DNA from: Bacteroidales bacterium
GTDB taxonomy: Bacteria; Bacteroidota; Bacteroidia; Bacteroidales; UBA932
Assembly: GCA_017626355.1 (NCBI GenBank)
Contig: JAGAIY010000012.1
Coordinates: 1,876 to 65,875 of the forward strand
Reading direction: 5' to 3'
DNA length: 64,000 bases
The translations under genes and the position numbers were made by a program. The notes below the pieces were generated by a model. That model had not been told where the DNA came from. It saw only the letters and a list, made by a program, of their open reading frames with translations, and did not search any database. Below are positions 40,279 through 50,109 of this stretch, in pieces. How positions within the stretch are numbered: position 1 is the stretch's first letter; every line of letters begins with the position of its first letter.

Positions 40279-40749
40279 ATGGGATTCATAATCGTACTTA
40301 TCCTGGTCGGCCTTGTGCTGATCTTTGCAGAGATCCTGCTCATTCCGGGAGTCGGAGTGGCCGGCATTCTCGGACTTCTCTCCATGGGAGGCTCATGCTT
40401 CTATGCGTTCAATCAGATGGGTAATGTCACCGGAGCCATAGTCACTGCAATAAACGCCCTTCTCATCGTTGCCCTGACCGCCTGGGTGCTCAGGGCCAAG
40501 ACATGGAAAAGATTCACCCTCAACACGAACATAGACTCCAAGGCCATAGGCTCACTTAAAGACAGCCTGAAAACAGGAGACAGAGGCCAGACCCTTACAA
40601 GACTGGCTCCGATGGGTTCCGCACGCATTGCGGAAGAGGTCTACGAAGTCAAGGCCCTCGAAGGGATGATCGATCCCGGAGTGGAGATTGAAGTGGTTCT
40701 CATCGAGGACAACAGGATCTATGTAAAACCTTATACAGCAGAATTTTAA
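40279..40749 (+). CDS. Short NfeD-family membrane protein
   Basis: Three TMs with E-I-L-L-I-P-G; G..LTRLAPMG OB-fold; upstream of floA. Confidence 0.8.
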   Translation: MGFIIVLILVGLVLIFAEILLIPGVGVAGILGLLSMGGSCFYAFNQMGNVTGAIVTAINALLIVALTAWVLRAKTWKRFTLNTNIDSKAIGSLKDSLKTGDRGQTLTRLAPMGSARIAEEVYEVKALEGMIDPGVEIEVVLIEDNRIYVKPYTAEF

Positions 40750-40761
40750 CAAACTCATACT

Positions 40762-41715
40762 ATGGATGTAATGATTATCGTATGGATTGCAGTATCGATA
40801 GTCGGACTTGCGATCTTTCTTTGGTTCTTCCCTGTGACCCTGTGGTTCCAGGCCCTGATTTCAGGTGTAAGAATCTCACTCATCCAGCTCGTTCTCATGC
40901 GCTGGAGAGGTGTTTCCCCAAACACAATAGTCATGGCTATGGTCACAGGCACCAAGGCAGGACTCACACTCTACGCCAATGAACTTGAGGCTCATTATCT
41001 CGCAAAAGGAAATGTACCTAAGGTAGTGAACGCCCTGATATCAGCAGACAAGGCAAACATCTCCCTTGATTTCAAGATGGCGGCAGCCATAGACCTTGCC
41101 GGTCGAGATGTGTTCGAAGCCGTACAGATGTCGGTAAACCCTAAGGTCATCAACACACCTCCTGTAACAGCCGTTGCAAAGGACGGTATCCAGCTCATTG
41201 CAAAGGCACGTGTGACCGTACGCGCCAACATCAAGCAGCTCGTAGGTGGAGCCGGAGAGGAGACCGTACTTGCCCGTGTAGGTGAAGGTATCGTATCTTC
41301 AATCGGTTCTGCAGAAAGCCACAAGCTCGTTCTCGAGAACCCTGACAGCATCTCCAAGGTGGTACTCAACAAGGGTCTTGATGCCGGAACAGCCTTTGAA
41401 ATCCTTTCAATCGACATAGCTGACATCGACATAGGAAAGAACATCGGAGCTGTCCTTCAGATGGATCAGGCATCGGCTGACAAGAACATTGCCCAGGCAC
41501 GCGCAGAGGAGCGCCGCGCAATGGCTGTAGCCCTCGAGCAGGAAATGAAGGCAAAGGCTCAGGAAGCACGCGCCCGCGTGATCGAGGCGGAGGCAGAAGT
41601 TCCTCTTGCAATGGCAGAAGCCTTCCGCAACGGAAATCTCGGCATCATGGACTATTACAAGATGAAGAACATCCAGGCCGACACTGAAATGCGCGAAAAC
41701 ATCGCCAAGCAGTAA
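40762..41715 (+). CDS. floA: Flotillin-like protein FloA (YqfA/UPF0365)
   Basis: [48 protein letters not shown]. Confidence 0.93.
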   Translation: MDVMIIVWIAVSIVGLAIFLWFFPVTLWFQALISGVRISLIQLVLMRWRGVSPNTIVMAMVTGTKAGLTLYANELEAHYLAKGNVPKVVNALISADKANISLDFKMAAAIDLAGRDVFEAVQMSVNPKVINTPPVTAVAKDGIQLIAKARVTVRANIKQLVGGAGEETVLARVGEGIVSSIGSAESHKLVLENPDSISKVVLNKGLDAGTAFEILSIDIADIDIGKNIGAVLQMDQASADKNIAQARAEERRAMAVALEQEMKAKAQEARARVIEAEAEVPLAMAEAFRNGNLGIMDYYKMKNIQADTEMRENIAKQ

Positions 41716-41734
41716 TCCGCCAATGATATAAGGA

Positions 41735-41853
41735 GCGTCGGTACGAGTTTTTAAGAGATCTCGTACCGACGCCCTTCTTTTATGGCAAACTCGACAGTTT
41801 TTTGATACCGTCGGTACAAATTCAGACAGTTTTATGCACCGACGCTGCCATAA
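41735..41853. repeat. Two related hairpins (CGTCGGTAC...CCGACG) after floA; the first may be the terminator
   Basis: 13-bp perfect stem at 41735-41772; related imperfect stem at 41809-41844 inside TTATGGCA/TGCCATAA arms. Confidence 0.6.
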
Positions 41854-41865
41854 CATGAAGTTTTA

Positions 41866-41898
41866 TTTGGTGAATCATCAAATTTATTTATATCTTTG
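41866..41898 (+). promoter_or_regulatory. tRNA promoter (-33 TTTG, -7 TATCTTTG)
   Basis: Consensus boxes 21 bp apart, 30 nt upstream of the tRNA. Confidence 0.7.
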
Positions 41899-41928
41899 CA
41901 GTCCCGTTAGGAAAAACGGGTCAGTTTT

Positions 41929-42015
41929 GGTGAGATGGGTGAGTGGCTGAAACCACCAGTTTGCTAAACTGACGTACGGGTAACCGTACCGGGGGTTCGA
42001 ATCCCCCTCTCACCG
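41929..42015 (+). tRNA. tRNA-Ser(GCT)
   Basis: GGTGAGA/TCTCACC acceptor stem, TTGCTAA anticodon loop, long variable arm GTACGG-GTAA-CCGTAC, GGTTCGAATCC T-arm; CCA not encoded. Confidence 0.96.
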
Positions 42016-42020
42016 CAAAG

Positions 42021-42045
42021 AAGGAAGTCGCAAGGCTTCCTTTTT
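42021..42045 (+). terminator. tRNA terminator
   Basis: AAGGAAGTC-GCAA-GGCTTCCTT followed by TTT. Confidence 0.75.
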
Positions 42046-42200
42046 GTGTTATAGGGGGGGATGAGAACCCAAGGGTTCGTAATCGACTAAGGCTTCCTTT
42101 TTTGTGTTTAGGGGGTTTATTTCTGTAGATGGGACAGACAACAGACACAAAAAAACGTTAACTTTGGGAGATTTTTAACCAATCGTACTGAAACCTGAAA

Positions 42201-43937
42201 ATGAACAAGAATTATCCTATCTACAAGACGACCTTCATTGACGACATGCGTTCGCTCGTCGAAGAGGCCGCAGAAAATTTCCGCGAAAGCACGGCCATTT
42301 CATACAAAGAAAATTATTGGGACAAGGAAGTCAGAAGGGTTACTTTCACCCAATGGCGCGAGGATGTCCGCAACCTCGGTACAGCACTTATAGCCGCCGG
42401 ACTCAGGGAAGAGAACATCGCCATAATAGGAGAGAACTCCTACGGATGGTGCTGTTCGTTCTTCGGAGTCATGGCAATAGGATCGGTCACTGTACCTGTA
42501 GACAAGGAACTGCCTCTTGAAGACATCGACGGCATCATATCCACAACCCGATGCAAGGCCGTCATAGTCGGAAAGGCCTCTGAATCAAAGATCAGGGAGC
42601 TGCTCGCCGGCGGAGGCCTCAAGTCGGTGGAGATGCTTGTGGCAGTCAATCCGCAAAGCACCCTGAAAGAAGCTGTCCCTGTCGGCGTGTCATTTACGAC
42701 CCTCGCCGAACTTCAGGCCAAGGGCGCAAAGCTCTTCATGGACGGAGACAATTCATATTACGACTACAAGATCGATGTGAACAAGCTCGCTTCCATCGTC
42801 TTCACTTCCGGAACAACGGGAAAAGGCAAGGGCGTGATGCTTTCACAGGCCAACATAGGACTGGACATGACTCTCGGAATGTACAATTTCGACATAACCA
42901 GAAAGACTCTCCACGTCCTCCCTCCTCACCACACATTCGGCTCCACAGTCAATTATGTAGGCCATCTGTCACAGGGCTGCGAGGTCTATATCTCCAGCGG
43001 AATCAAGCATGTTAGCGACGAGATCCGCGAGCAGCAGCCGACACATCTCATTCTTGTCCCTGCCTTCCTTGAAATGATGAACAAGAAGATCTGGACTACG
43101 GCGCGCAAGAGCGGAAAAGAGGGCATGCTGAAAGCCATGATGAAATTCAGCGACCTGCTCAGGAAAGCAGGCATAGACATAAGGAGGAAACTCTTCGCCA
43201 GCGTCCTCAGCGCCTTCGGCGGTAAGCTCGAACTCATCATCTGCGGAGGTGCCAAGCTCGATGAAGATATAATCCGCACATTCGATTCCATAGGCATCAC
43301 CGTCCTGAACGGCTACGGCATCACGGAGTGTTCGCCATTGATTTCCGCAAACAGGAACAAGTACCGCAAGCCGGGCAGCGTAGGTACGCCGATCCTGGCC
43401 TGCCGCGTGAAGATCGACGATCCGGACGAGAATGGTGAAGGTGAAATCTGCGTAAAGGGACCGAATGTGATGCTCGGCTATTTCAACAATCCGGAAGCTA
43501 CGGCGGAAGTGTTCGACAAGGACGGGTTCTTCCATACGGGAGACTACGGCAAGCTGGATGAGGAAGGCTGGATATACATCACCGGCAGGAAGAAGAATCT
43601 CATAATCCTTTCAAACGGAAAGAATGTATATCCTGAGGAAATCGAGGCCGACCTGCAAAAGGTGGAAGGTGTCAGCGAAGTGGTGGTATATGCAGGCGAA
43701 AGCCGTGTCCAGAAAGACAAGATAACCATCGTCGCCGAGATATTCCCTGACGCCGACCTGCTTGCAGACAAGGGCATAGTCAACCTCCAGGAGTATTTCG
43801 AGACTCAGGTAAAGGCTCTTAATGCAAAGATGCCGCCTTACAAGGCTGTCAAAAGGGTAAAGCTCAGGGACACTGAATTCCAGAAGAACACATCAAGGAA
43901 GATAACACGTTTCTCGATAGACAGATCAATAGACTAA
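42201..43937 (+). CDS. Long-chain acyl-CoA synthetase (AMP-binding)
   Basis: FTSGTTGKGKGVML, GYGITE, GPNVMLGY, FHTGD, GRKKN, NGKNVYPEEIE. Confidence 0.88.
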   Translation: MNKNYPIYKTTFIDDMRSLVEEAAENFRESTAISYKENYWDKEVRRVTFTQWREDVRNLGTALIAAGLREENIAIIGENSYGWCCSFFGVMAIGSVTVPVDKELPLEDIDGIISTTRCKAVIVGKASESKIRELLAGGGLKSVEMLVAVNPQSTLKEAVPVGVSFTTLAELQAKGAKLFMDGDNSYYDYKIDVNKLASIVFTSGTTGKGKGVMLSQANIGLDMTLGMYNFDITRKTLHVLPPHHTFGSTVNYVGHLSQGCEVYISSGIKHVSDEIREQQPTHLILVPAFLEMMNKKIWTTARKSGKEGMLKAMMKFSDLLRKAGIDIRRKLFASVLSAFGGKLELIICGGAKLDEDIIRTFDSIGITVLNGYGITECSPLISANRNKYRKPGSVGTPILACRVKIDDPDENGEGEICVKGPNVMLGYFNNPEATAEVFDKDGFFHTGDYGKLDEEGWIYITGRKKNLIILSNGKNVYPEEIEADLQKVEGVSEVVVYAGESRVQKDKITIVAEIFPDADLLADKGIVNLQEYFETQVKALNAKMPPYKAVKRVKLRDTEFQKNTSRKITRFSIDRSID

Positions 43938-43943
43938 AATAAA

Positions 43944-44939
43944 ATGAAAAACAAGATCAGCTTCTGGTTCAACAATGCACGACCTATATCCCTGCCCCAG
44001 TCGCTTCTGCCGGCACTTACGGCCGTCGCATTGTCATACGGAAACACCGAATTCAACATCATAGCTGCCGTAGCCGCTGTCATAGGAGTCATATTCCTGC
44101 ATCTCGGACTGAATCTCCTTGACGACTGGTTCGACTACAAGGAAGGCTCGGCAGAAGCGAGGCAGAAGGTCGCGAACGAAGGCTTCCGCGGCAGGATGGT
44201 CAAATATCCCTACCTGACTTCCGGAGAAGCCACACATTCGGATCTCCTCAAGGCCGTATTCGTATTCCTCCTTGTCGCAGGCACGGCAGCCGGAGTTGTG
44301 ACAGCGGTAAGAGGATGGAAGATCCTCTGGTGGGCAGCAGCTGCAGCCGTAATCGGAGAGTCATACTCCGGAAAACCGTTGAAGCTTGGTTTTCACGGAC
44401 TTGGAGAACTTGTCATATTCCTGATGTTCGGTCCGCTCCTGATGACAGGCGTGTACTATTCAATAACCGGCGGTCTGGATTGGAAGATACTGTGGCTGTC
44501 GATGGCCGTGGGCATGCTTGTAACCAACATCGTGTACTCGCATTCAGTCCTCGATGCAGTGCCTGACAGGAAGATGGGAAAGAAGACCATGGCGCACCTG
44601 ATGGGTTCAGGCAGAGGCCAGATCGTCTTCTCAGCCCTGCTGAACACACTGCCGTATCTCATGGTAGCTACCGGAGTCGCCTTAGGACAGATGCATCCGG
44701 CATATCTCGCTGTATTTGCAGTCATGCCTGTGTCTCTCTGGCTGGTAAAGTCGCTTGATGACTTCGTGAATCACAGGGATGTTCCTGTCGAGCCAAAGAA
44801 ATGGATGGGACCGATGGGAGACTTCGACAGGTTCCGCAAAGCCGGCATCGACTGGTTCATGCTCCGCTGGCTCACTGCACGAAACATCGTGATGATGTTC
44901 TGCATGACAATCATAATCGTTAATCTTATTTTCGGATAA
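43944..44939 (+). CDS. UbiA-superfamily prenyltransferase, MenA-like
   Basis: ARP start, NLLDDWFD and DAVPDRKMGKKT Asp-rich motifs, GLGEL, multi-TM. Confidence 0.78.
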   Translation: MKNKISFWFNNARPISLPQSLLPALTAVALSYGNTEFNIIAAVAAVIGVIFLHLGLNLLDDWFDYKEGSAEARQKVANEGFRGRMVKYPYLTSGEATHSDLLKAVFVFLLVAGTAAGVVTAVRGWKILWWAAAAAVIGESYSGKPLKLGFHGLGELVIFLMFGPLLMTGVYYSITGGLDWKILWLSMAVGMLVTNIVYSHSVLDAVPDRKMGKKTMAHLMGSGRGQIVFSALLNTLPYLMVATGVALGQMHPAYLAVFAVMPVSLWLVKSLDDFVNHRDVPVEPKKWMGPMGDFDRFRKAGIDWFMLRWLTARNIVMMFCMTIIIVNLIFG

Positions 44940-44940
44940 T

Positions 44941-45831
44941 ATGAGAAAACTGTTTTATCTGGGCTGGTGGTTTCTCAGAGCCCGTCTTTTCGGCAGGAAG
45001 GCCCCCCTTCAGACCGTACTTTTCATTTCGGACATATGCAACCTCAGATGCAAGCACTGCAGCGTGTATGAGCTCAAGAATCCTCACAACATGACCTATG
45101 AGCAGGTGCGCCGGCATCTCCAGATGTCATACGATGCAGGTTCGAGGTTCGTGGATTTCGAAGGTGGAGAAGTGACAATCTGGAAAGATGGCGACAAAAG
45201 GATAAACGATCTGATCGACCTTGCTAAGGAGATCGGCTTCTTCTCCTGCACCATCACGACAAATGCACAGCTTCCTTTCAAGGGATCACGAGCCGATTCC
45301 ATCTGGGTGAGCCTGGACGGAGCCGGAAAATACCACGAAGAAGTACGCGGTCAGGGAACTTTCGCAAAACTTGAAAAGAACATCGCCGAATGCGGACACA
45401 AGCATCTGAGCGTGAACATGGTGGTGAACACTCTCAATTACACGGCTGTCGACGACACCATCGAATATGCAAGGAACAACCCTGCGATAGAATGCATATC
45501 GATCAATTTCCACACTCCGTTCGAAGGTACCGAATACCTCGCGCTGGACATGGAGAAAAGAGCGGAAATCATCGACCGTGTGATCGAATACAAGAAGAAA
45601 GGCTACCCTATAATGAATTCAGTGTCAGGCCTCAAGCTCATGAAGACCAATAAATTCACCCGCCGCTGCTGGGTCACCGACTTCGTCTATCCTGACGGAA
45701 AGAGAGGACTCTGCGTCGGTGACGGTACAGACAAATGCGACCAGTGCGGCTTCTGCATGGCAGGAGAAATGGCATCGGTATTCGCATTCAGGCCCGACAC
45801 GATATTCGCCGGTCTCAAACTCAGGGTCTGA
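44941..45831 (+). CDS. Radical SAM protein with Cys-rich C-terminal (twitch/SPASM-like) extension
   Basis: CNLRCKHC, GGE, TTN, VSLDG; C-terminal C..C..CDQCGFC. Confidence 0.85.
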   Translation: MRKLFYLGWWFLRARLFGRKAPLQTVLFISDICNLRCKHCSVYELKNPHNMTYEQVRRHLQMSYDAGSRFVDFEGGEVTIWKDGDKRINDLIDLAKEIGFFSCTITTNAQLPFKGSRADSIWVSLDGAGKYHEEVRGQGTFAKLEKNIAECGHKHLSVNMVVNTLNYTAVDDTIEYARNNPAIECISINFHTPFEGTEYLALDMEKRAEIIDRVIEYKKKGYPIMNSVSGLKLMKTNKFTRRCWVTDFVYPDGKRGLCVGDGTDKCDQCGFCMAGEMASVFAFRPDTIFAGLKLRV

Positions 45832-45838
45832 GACGGAA

Positions 45839-48124
45839 TCAATAGTCAAGCCTTACTCCGAAAAAGAACGAGCGAGGCAGAGTAGGTCCGTAGATGTAGC
45901 CTGAGTCCCTGTCAGGGCCGCAGTCAAAGTCCTTCTGGAACGAGTTCAGCATGTTCTGGACTCCGGCATTGAGCTGAAGCGAAAAGCTTCTGAAGATCCT
46001 GAAGTCATAGGCTATCTTGAAATTGAGATCCCAGAAATCCGGGGTCTCTACACTTATATTCTGCTCTATCGCACCTGCGTGATGCTCCACAAGCATGCTT
46101 CCCGTATAGGTTCCTGTCAGTGACAGAGTCATCTTCTTAAGCGGATTGTACGAAGCCGTACAATATCCGTAGAAATCCGGTGTCCTGAACATCTTTCTCG
46201 TAGCCTCGACATCTCCCTCATCGCTCCATCTGCGCACTTCCTTGTAACGGGAGTTCTGCATGGTAAGGCCGGCCTGCACCTGAAGGACATCCTTCCAGGC
46301 CACTTTTCCTTCGAGATTGGCTCCGAACACCCTCGCACCTGACTCGTTGTACCTTTCCTTTATCAGGATTCCGTCCTCCAGGCCAAGTTCCTTCAAGGCA
46401 AAGACATCGTCGAGATCCGTGAAGAAACCCTCCACAAGGAGATTGCCCTGCCAGCTGCCCCAGGAGTGGTAGAAATCGCCTGAAAGACTGACACTCTGGG
46501 AGTTTTCAACCCTCAGGTCATCTGCAAGCCGGATCATTGAAACCGTACCTCCGACATTGTCGATGTGAAGGTCTTCGTCGAAGGCCTGAGGAGCACGGAA
46601 GCCGTATGAGTAGCTTGCCCTGAGGTTTACGTTCTCCACAGGATTGTACCTGAGGTTAGCGCGCGGGCTGAATATAAGCTTCCTGATGAGATTATGCTTG
46701 TCGAGCCTTCCTCCTACCAGAATGCCCCAGTGCTCGTTCTTCCATTCGTTCTGGGCATAAAGGCTGGCTATTCTCACGGTCTGGTCGGTCAGCCTGCCGT
46801 AGCCCCACATATTGTCCTTGAGATAGTCCTCGTTGTATTCCATGCCGAGAGTAAGGTCTGCGGGCATGAAAAGGCATCTGTCAAACCTGTAGATGTACTG
46901 TGCACCTCCAACCCAGGTCAGATCCTTCGTACTGCCGTAAGCATTCGGATCCATGCCTGCTCCGTAATAGCTGTCACGGTCGATGTGCTGGACTGAGGCA
47001 AAGGCATTGAACCTGTGCTTTCTGTCAGGGGAAAACCAGTCGAACTTGAGTCCTCCGGTATTGATCCCGTGCGTGGTCTGTTCCGCAATCATAGCCTCGT
47101 GCGGAGGCAGGTCTATATTGTCGCCTCCCCTGCGGGTTTCCTGCAGATGATGATACTCAGCCGTGAGCTTGGAGTACACACCTGTCTTGACATAACCTCT
47201 GAAACCGGCTGTCTGTCCGGATATTTCCGACAGTTCGGTGAACCCGTCTCCATTTGCATCCCAGGCATCCTTTCCGGTGTTCTGGGCAAAGACAGCAAGA
47301 CCGAGCCTGCCGTCCTCCGAAACCATCGAGGCATTGATATCCGTTGTGTTGTGAAAGGCTGACGTGCCTCCGACAGCAGTGAGTGTGTGCGAAACTGCGG
47401 CAGAGTTGCGGACTGGTTCCTTTGTTATGATGTTGATGGTTCCGGCTATGGCAGAGGAGCCGAAAAGGGCAGAGCCTCCTCCTCTCATGACCTCGACCCT
47501 GTCCACCATGTTCGCAGGCAGCTGCTCTATGCCGTACACACCTGCGAGAGCACTGAATATCGGACGGGAATCGATCAGGATCTGCGTGTACTGACCGTCA
47601 AGTCCGTTTATCCTGACCTGCTGGAAACCGCAGTTCTGACAGTTGTTCTCGACTCTGACTCCCGGCTGGAAACCAAGGCCCTGCGCCACTGTGGTGCAGT
47701 TTCCCTTGGCATAGGTATCCATGCTCACGACATTTACAAGAGTCGGAGACATCTTTCTTGTCGTCTCGCTTCTCGTGGCTGAAACAATGACTCCATCGAG
47801 AAGGACAAGGTCTTCTTCAAGCATGAAATTGACCTCCATTGAAAGCCCTCTCCTTATTTCCACTTCCCGTGTCTGCGTCCTGTATCCTACTGCGGAAACT
47901 TCGAGGACGAACTTTCCTTCGGGAAGGTTTCTCATTACGTAATGGCCTGTATTGTCAGTACTTACTCCGATTGTGGTTCCTTGGAGCATGACTACTATAT
48001 GGGGAAGATGCTCCCCTGTCGCGCTGTCTATTATGTGGCCGTATATATGTGCATCTGTATCTGAAGCCTTGGCGGTCAGCACAATACACAATGCCGCCAC
48101 CAAAGCTGAAAATAATCTTTTCAT
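45839..48124 (-). CDS. TonB-dependent receptor, probably for metal uptake
   Basis: Signal peptide, carboxypeptidase-reg-like N-domain, plug with NNCQNCG, RVEVMRGGGSALFG, C-terminal aromatic. Confidence 0.88.
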   Translation of the reverse strand: MKRLFSALVAALCIVLTAKASDTDAHIYGHIIDSATGEHLPHIVVMLQGTTIGVSTDNTGHYVMRNLPEGKFVLEVSAVGYRTQTREVEIRRGLSMEVNFMLEEDLVLLDGVIVSATRSETTRKMSPTLVNVVSMDTYAKGNCTTVAQGLGFQPGVRVENNCQNCGFQQVRINGLDGQYTQILIDSRPIFSALAGVYGIEQLPANMVDRVEVMRGGGSALFGSSAIAGTINIITKEPVRNSAAVSHTLTAVGGTSAFHNTTDINASMVSEDGRLGLAVFAQNTGKDAWDANGDGFTELSEISGQTAGFRGYVKTGVYSKLTAEYHHLQETRRGGDNIDLPPHEAMIAEQTTHGINTGGLKFDWFSPDRKHRFNAFASVQHIDRDSYYGAGMDPNAYGSTKDLTWVGGAQYIYRFDRCLFMPADLTLGMEYNEDYLKDNMWGYGRLTDQTVRIASLYAQNEWKNEHWGILVGGRLDKHNLIRKLIFSPRANLRYNPVENVNLRASYSYGFRAPQAFDEDLHIDNVGGTVSMIRLADDLRVENSQSVSLSGDFYHSWGSWQGNLLVEGFFTDLDDVFALKELGLEDGILIKERYNESGARVFGANLEGKVAWKDVLQVQAGLTMQNSRYKEVRRWSDEGDVEATRKMFRTPDFYGYCTASYNPLKKMTLSLTGTYTGSMLVEHHAGAIEQNISVETPDFWDLNFKIAYDFRIFRSFSLQLNAGVQNMLNSFQKDFDCGPDRDSGYIYGPTLPRSFFFGVRLDY

Positions 48125-48173
48125 CTTTTGTGTCTTTAGGGTTTACTATTGTCTGTTGTATGGAAAAGGGGGA

Positions 48174-48509
48174 TCAGACCTGAGGAGGTCCCCTGAGGGA
48201 ATGGGCAGGACATACGCTTGCAGGAACATGGAATGACATGTGCCGGACGCATAAGCCTGCATCAGACAGATAGAACGGAAGCGATGCATCACACAAAGGG
48301 TCAGCTGCCTCCGTCTGCCATGTAGACAAAAGGTCGATGATAGCGTATTCGCCTTCACTATGGCCGTGCTCGGACGTACCGCCGAAGTGCGAATGGGCAA
48401 TGGAATTGCCGTTTACAATGTGGATATGGGGAAAGAGGTTGATACTTGAGAAGTACCACCCGAAGAGTGCAAGGAAAAACAATGCAGTATATTTCCTGAT
48501 CTTTCCCAT
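48174..48509 (-). CDS. His-rich leader protein ending in RGPP (putative arrest peptide)
   Basis: N-terminal hydrophobic helix, HIH..HSH..HGH, C-terminal LRGPPQV*; -7 box TATCTTTG at 48528-48535. Confidence 0.65.
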   Translation of the reverse strand: MGKIRKYTALFFLALFGWYFSSINLFPHIHIVNGNSIAHSHFGGTSEHGHSEGEYAIIDLLSTWQTEAADPLCDASLPFYLSDAGLCVRHMSFHVPASVCPAHSLRGPPQV

Positions 48510-48546
48510 TTCGCGAAAAACAAGGGGCAAAGATAGTTTTTTTTAA

Positions 48547-49044
48547 CTACTTCGCAAACTGACAGGCCGCAACTTCGCCGACGACAGCACCTGTATAACC
48601 TATAAGATCAGAAGGTGAGATCTCCAGCTGAAGCCCCCGTACACCGGCACTGACATAGATAGTATCGAAGTCTAGAGCCGTGCTGTGGAAATATGTCGGG
48701 AAACGTTTCTTCATGCCTATCGGAGAACAGCCGCCGCGTATGTATCCGGTCACTCCGAGCAGATCCTTCATCGCGATCATCTCGACCTTCTTGTTGCCGG
48801 AGACCTTTGCCAGCGCCTTCAGATCCACCTCGGCATTGCCGGGAACCACACAGACGATATATCCGGTCCTGTCGCCATGAAGCACCAGGGTCTTGAACAC
48901 ACGGGCTATATCCTGACCCAGACTGTCAGCGACATGCTGAGCGGCAAGGTCGTTCTCATCGAACTCATAGGGAATAAGGGAATATTTCAGGCCGGCCTTG
49001 TCCAGAAGGCGGGCCGCATTGGTCTTTTCTGTCTTCTTTGCCAT
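48547..49044 (-). CDS. ybaK: Cys-tRNA(Pro) deacylase YbaK
   Basis: KTNAARLL, VFKTLV, TGYIRGGCSPIG, SAGVRG. Confidence 0.92.
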   Translation of the reverse strand: MAKKTEKTNAARLLDKAGLKYSLIPYEFDENDLAAQHVADSLGQDIARVFKTLVLHGDRTGYIVCVVPGNAEVDLKALAKVSGNKKVEMIAMKDLLGVTGYIRGGCSPIGMKKRFPTYFHSTALDFDTIYVSAGVRGLQLEISPSDLIGYTGAVVGEVAACQFAK

Positions 49045-50018
49045 TACAGTCGAGCTTTGCGCACACCCTCGAAGGTTATCTTTACAGGAAGGATGTAGCC
49101 GTTCTCATCGAAATGCATCTCGTCTATGCAGACCTCGCGGTCGTTTCCGTCAGTACTGCCGAGAGGATGACGATGATATACGATGTACCATTTATCCTTC
49201 TTTTCATTATATATCACCGAATGATGACCGGCTCCGGTACCCACCTCGGGATCCTGTTCCAGAATCTTGCCTATCCTCCTGAACGGTCCGAGAGGATTGT
49301 CGGCTATTGCATAGGCCACACAATAGTCAGGGCCTGTCCAGCCTCCTTCAGACCACATGAAATAGTACTTTCCGTCCTTCATGAACATGAACGGGCCTTC
49401 CACATACTTTTCCGGAGTGACCTCCTTGTAGTATTCCCCGTCATCGAACGGAACAAGACCTGTGAAATCATCATTGAGCTTCACCACATTGCAATGTCTC
49501 CAGCCTCCGTAGTACATGTAGTATGTCCCGTCGACATCCTGGAACACGAACTGGTCGATAGGCTGAGCCCCGTTGACGACCTCGTCGATCAGAGGCTTTC
49601 CGAGGATATCCTTGTACGGACCCTCAGGCCTGTCAGCCCTTGCCACTCCGATACCGCCTTCACCTTTCTCATGCATGTCGTTTCCACCGAAGAAAAGGTA
49701 ATACGAACCGTCCTTCCTCACGATGGCAGGAGCCCACATAGCCTGCCACAGCCACTTGACCTCCTTGTTGTCTATGATTCTTTCATGCTTGGTCCAGTTC
49801 ACAAGATCCTTTGAAGAGAAGGCATCAAGATAGGTCTGCTCCTCGAAAGGAAGGGAGGCAGTCGGAAATATCCAGTATTCATCATCCCACACCACTCCCT
49901 CAGGATCGGCATATCTGCCGGGAAAAACAGGATTGCCGGCATATTTCTTCTGCGAAGAACAGCCGCTGCAGAATATGACGAGAAGGATGGCGGCAGAAAG
50001 GTATAAGATTCTTTTCAT
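49044..50018 (-). CDS. GH43 glycoside hydrolase lipoprotein
   Basis: YADP, WAP, PIDQ, VEGP, GHHS five-bladed propeller motifs; lipobox CSGC; ATG 50018. Confidence 0.85.
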   Translation of the reverse strand: MKRILYLSAAILLVIFCSGCSSQKKYAGNPVFPGRYADPEGVVWDDEYWIFPTASLPFEEQTYLDAFSSKDLVNWTKHERIIDNKEVKWLWQAMWAPAIVRKDGSYYLFFGGNDMHEKGEGGIGVARADRPEGPYKDILGKPLIDEVVNGAQPIDQFVFQDVDGTYYMYYGGWRHCNVVKLNDDFTGLVPFDDGEYYKEVTPEKYVEGPFMFMKDGKYYFMWSEGGWTGPDYCVAYAIADNPLGPFRRIGKILEQDPEVGTGAGHHSVIYNEKKDKWYIVYHRHPLGSTDGNDREVCIDEMHFDENGYILPVKITFEGVRKARL

Positions 50019-50109
50019 GGCATCTGATATTAATACTGCAAAAGTAGTAATATTATTTTTAAAGGTAGTGGAAGTTTGACTATCTTTGTCCTCCTTAATC
50101 CATACAGCC

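Noticed and set aside
40279-41715. nfeD-floA pair as a novel system
   Set aside because: Well-known conserved operon.
42016-48530. Genomic island integrated at tRNA-Ser
   Set aside because: No integrase and no direct repeat of the tRNA 3' end was found; composition looks like the backbone.
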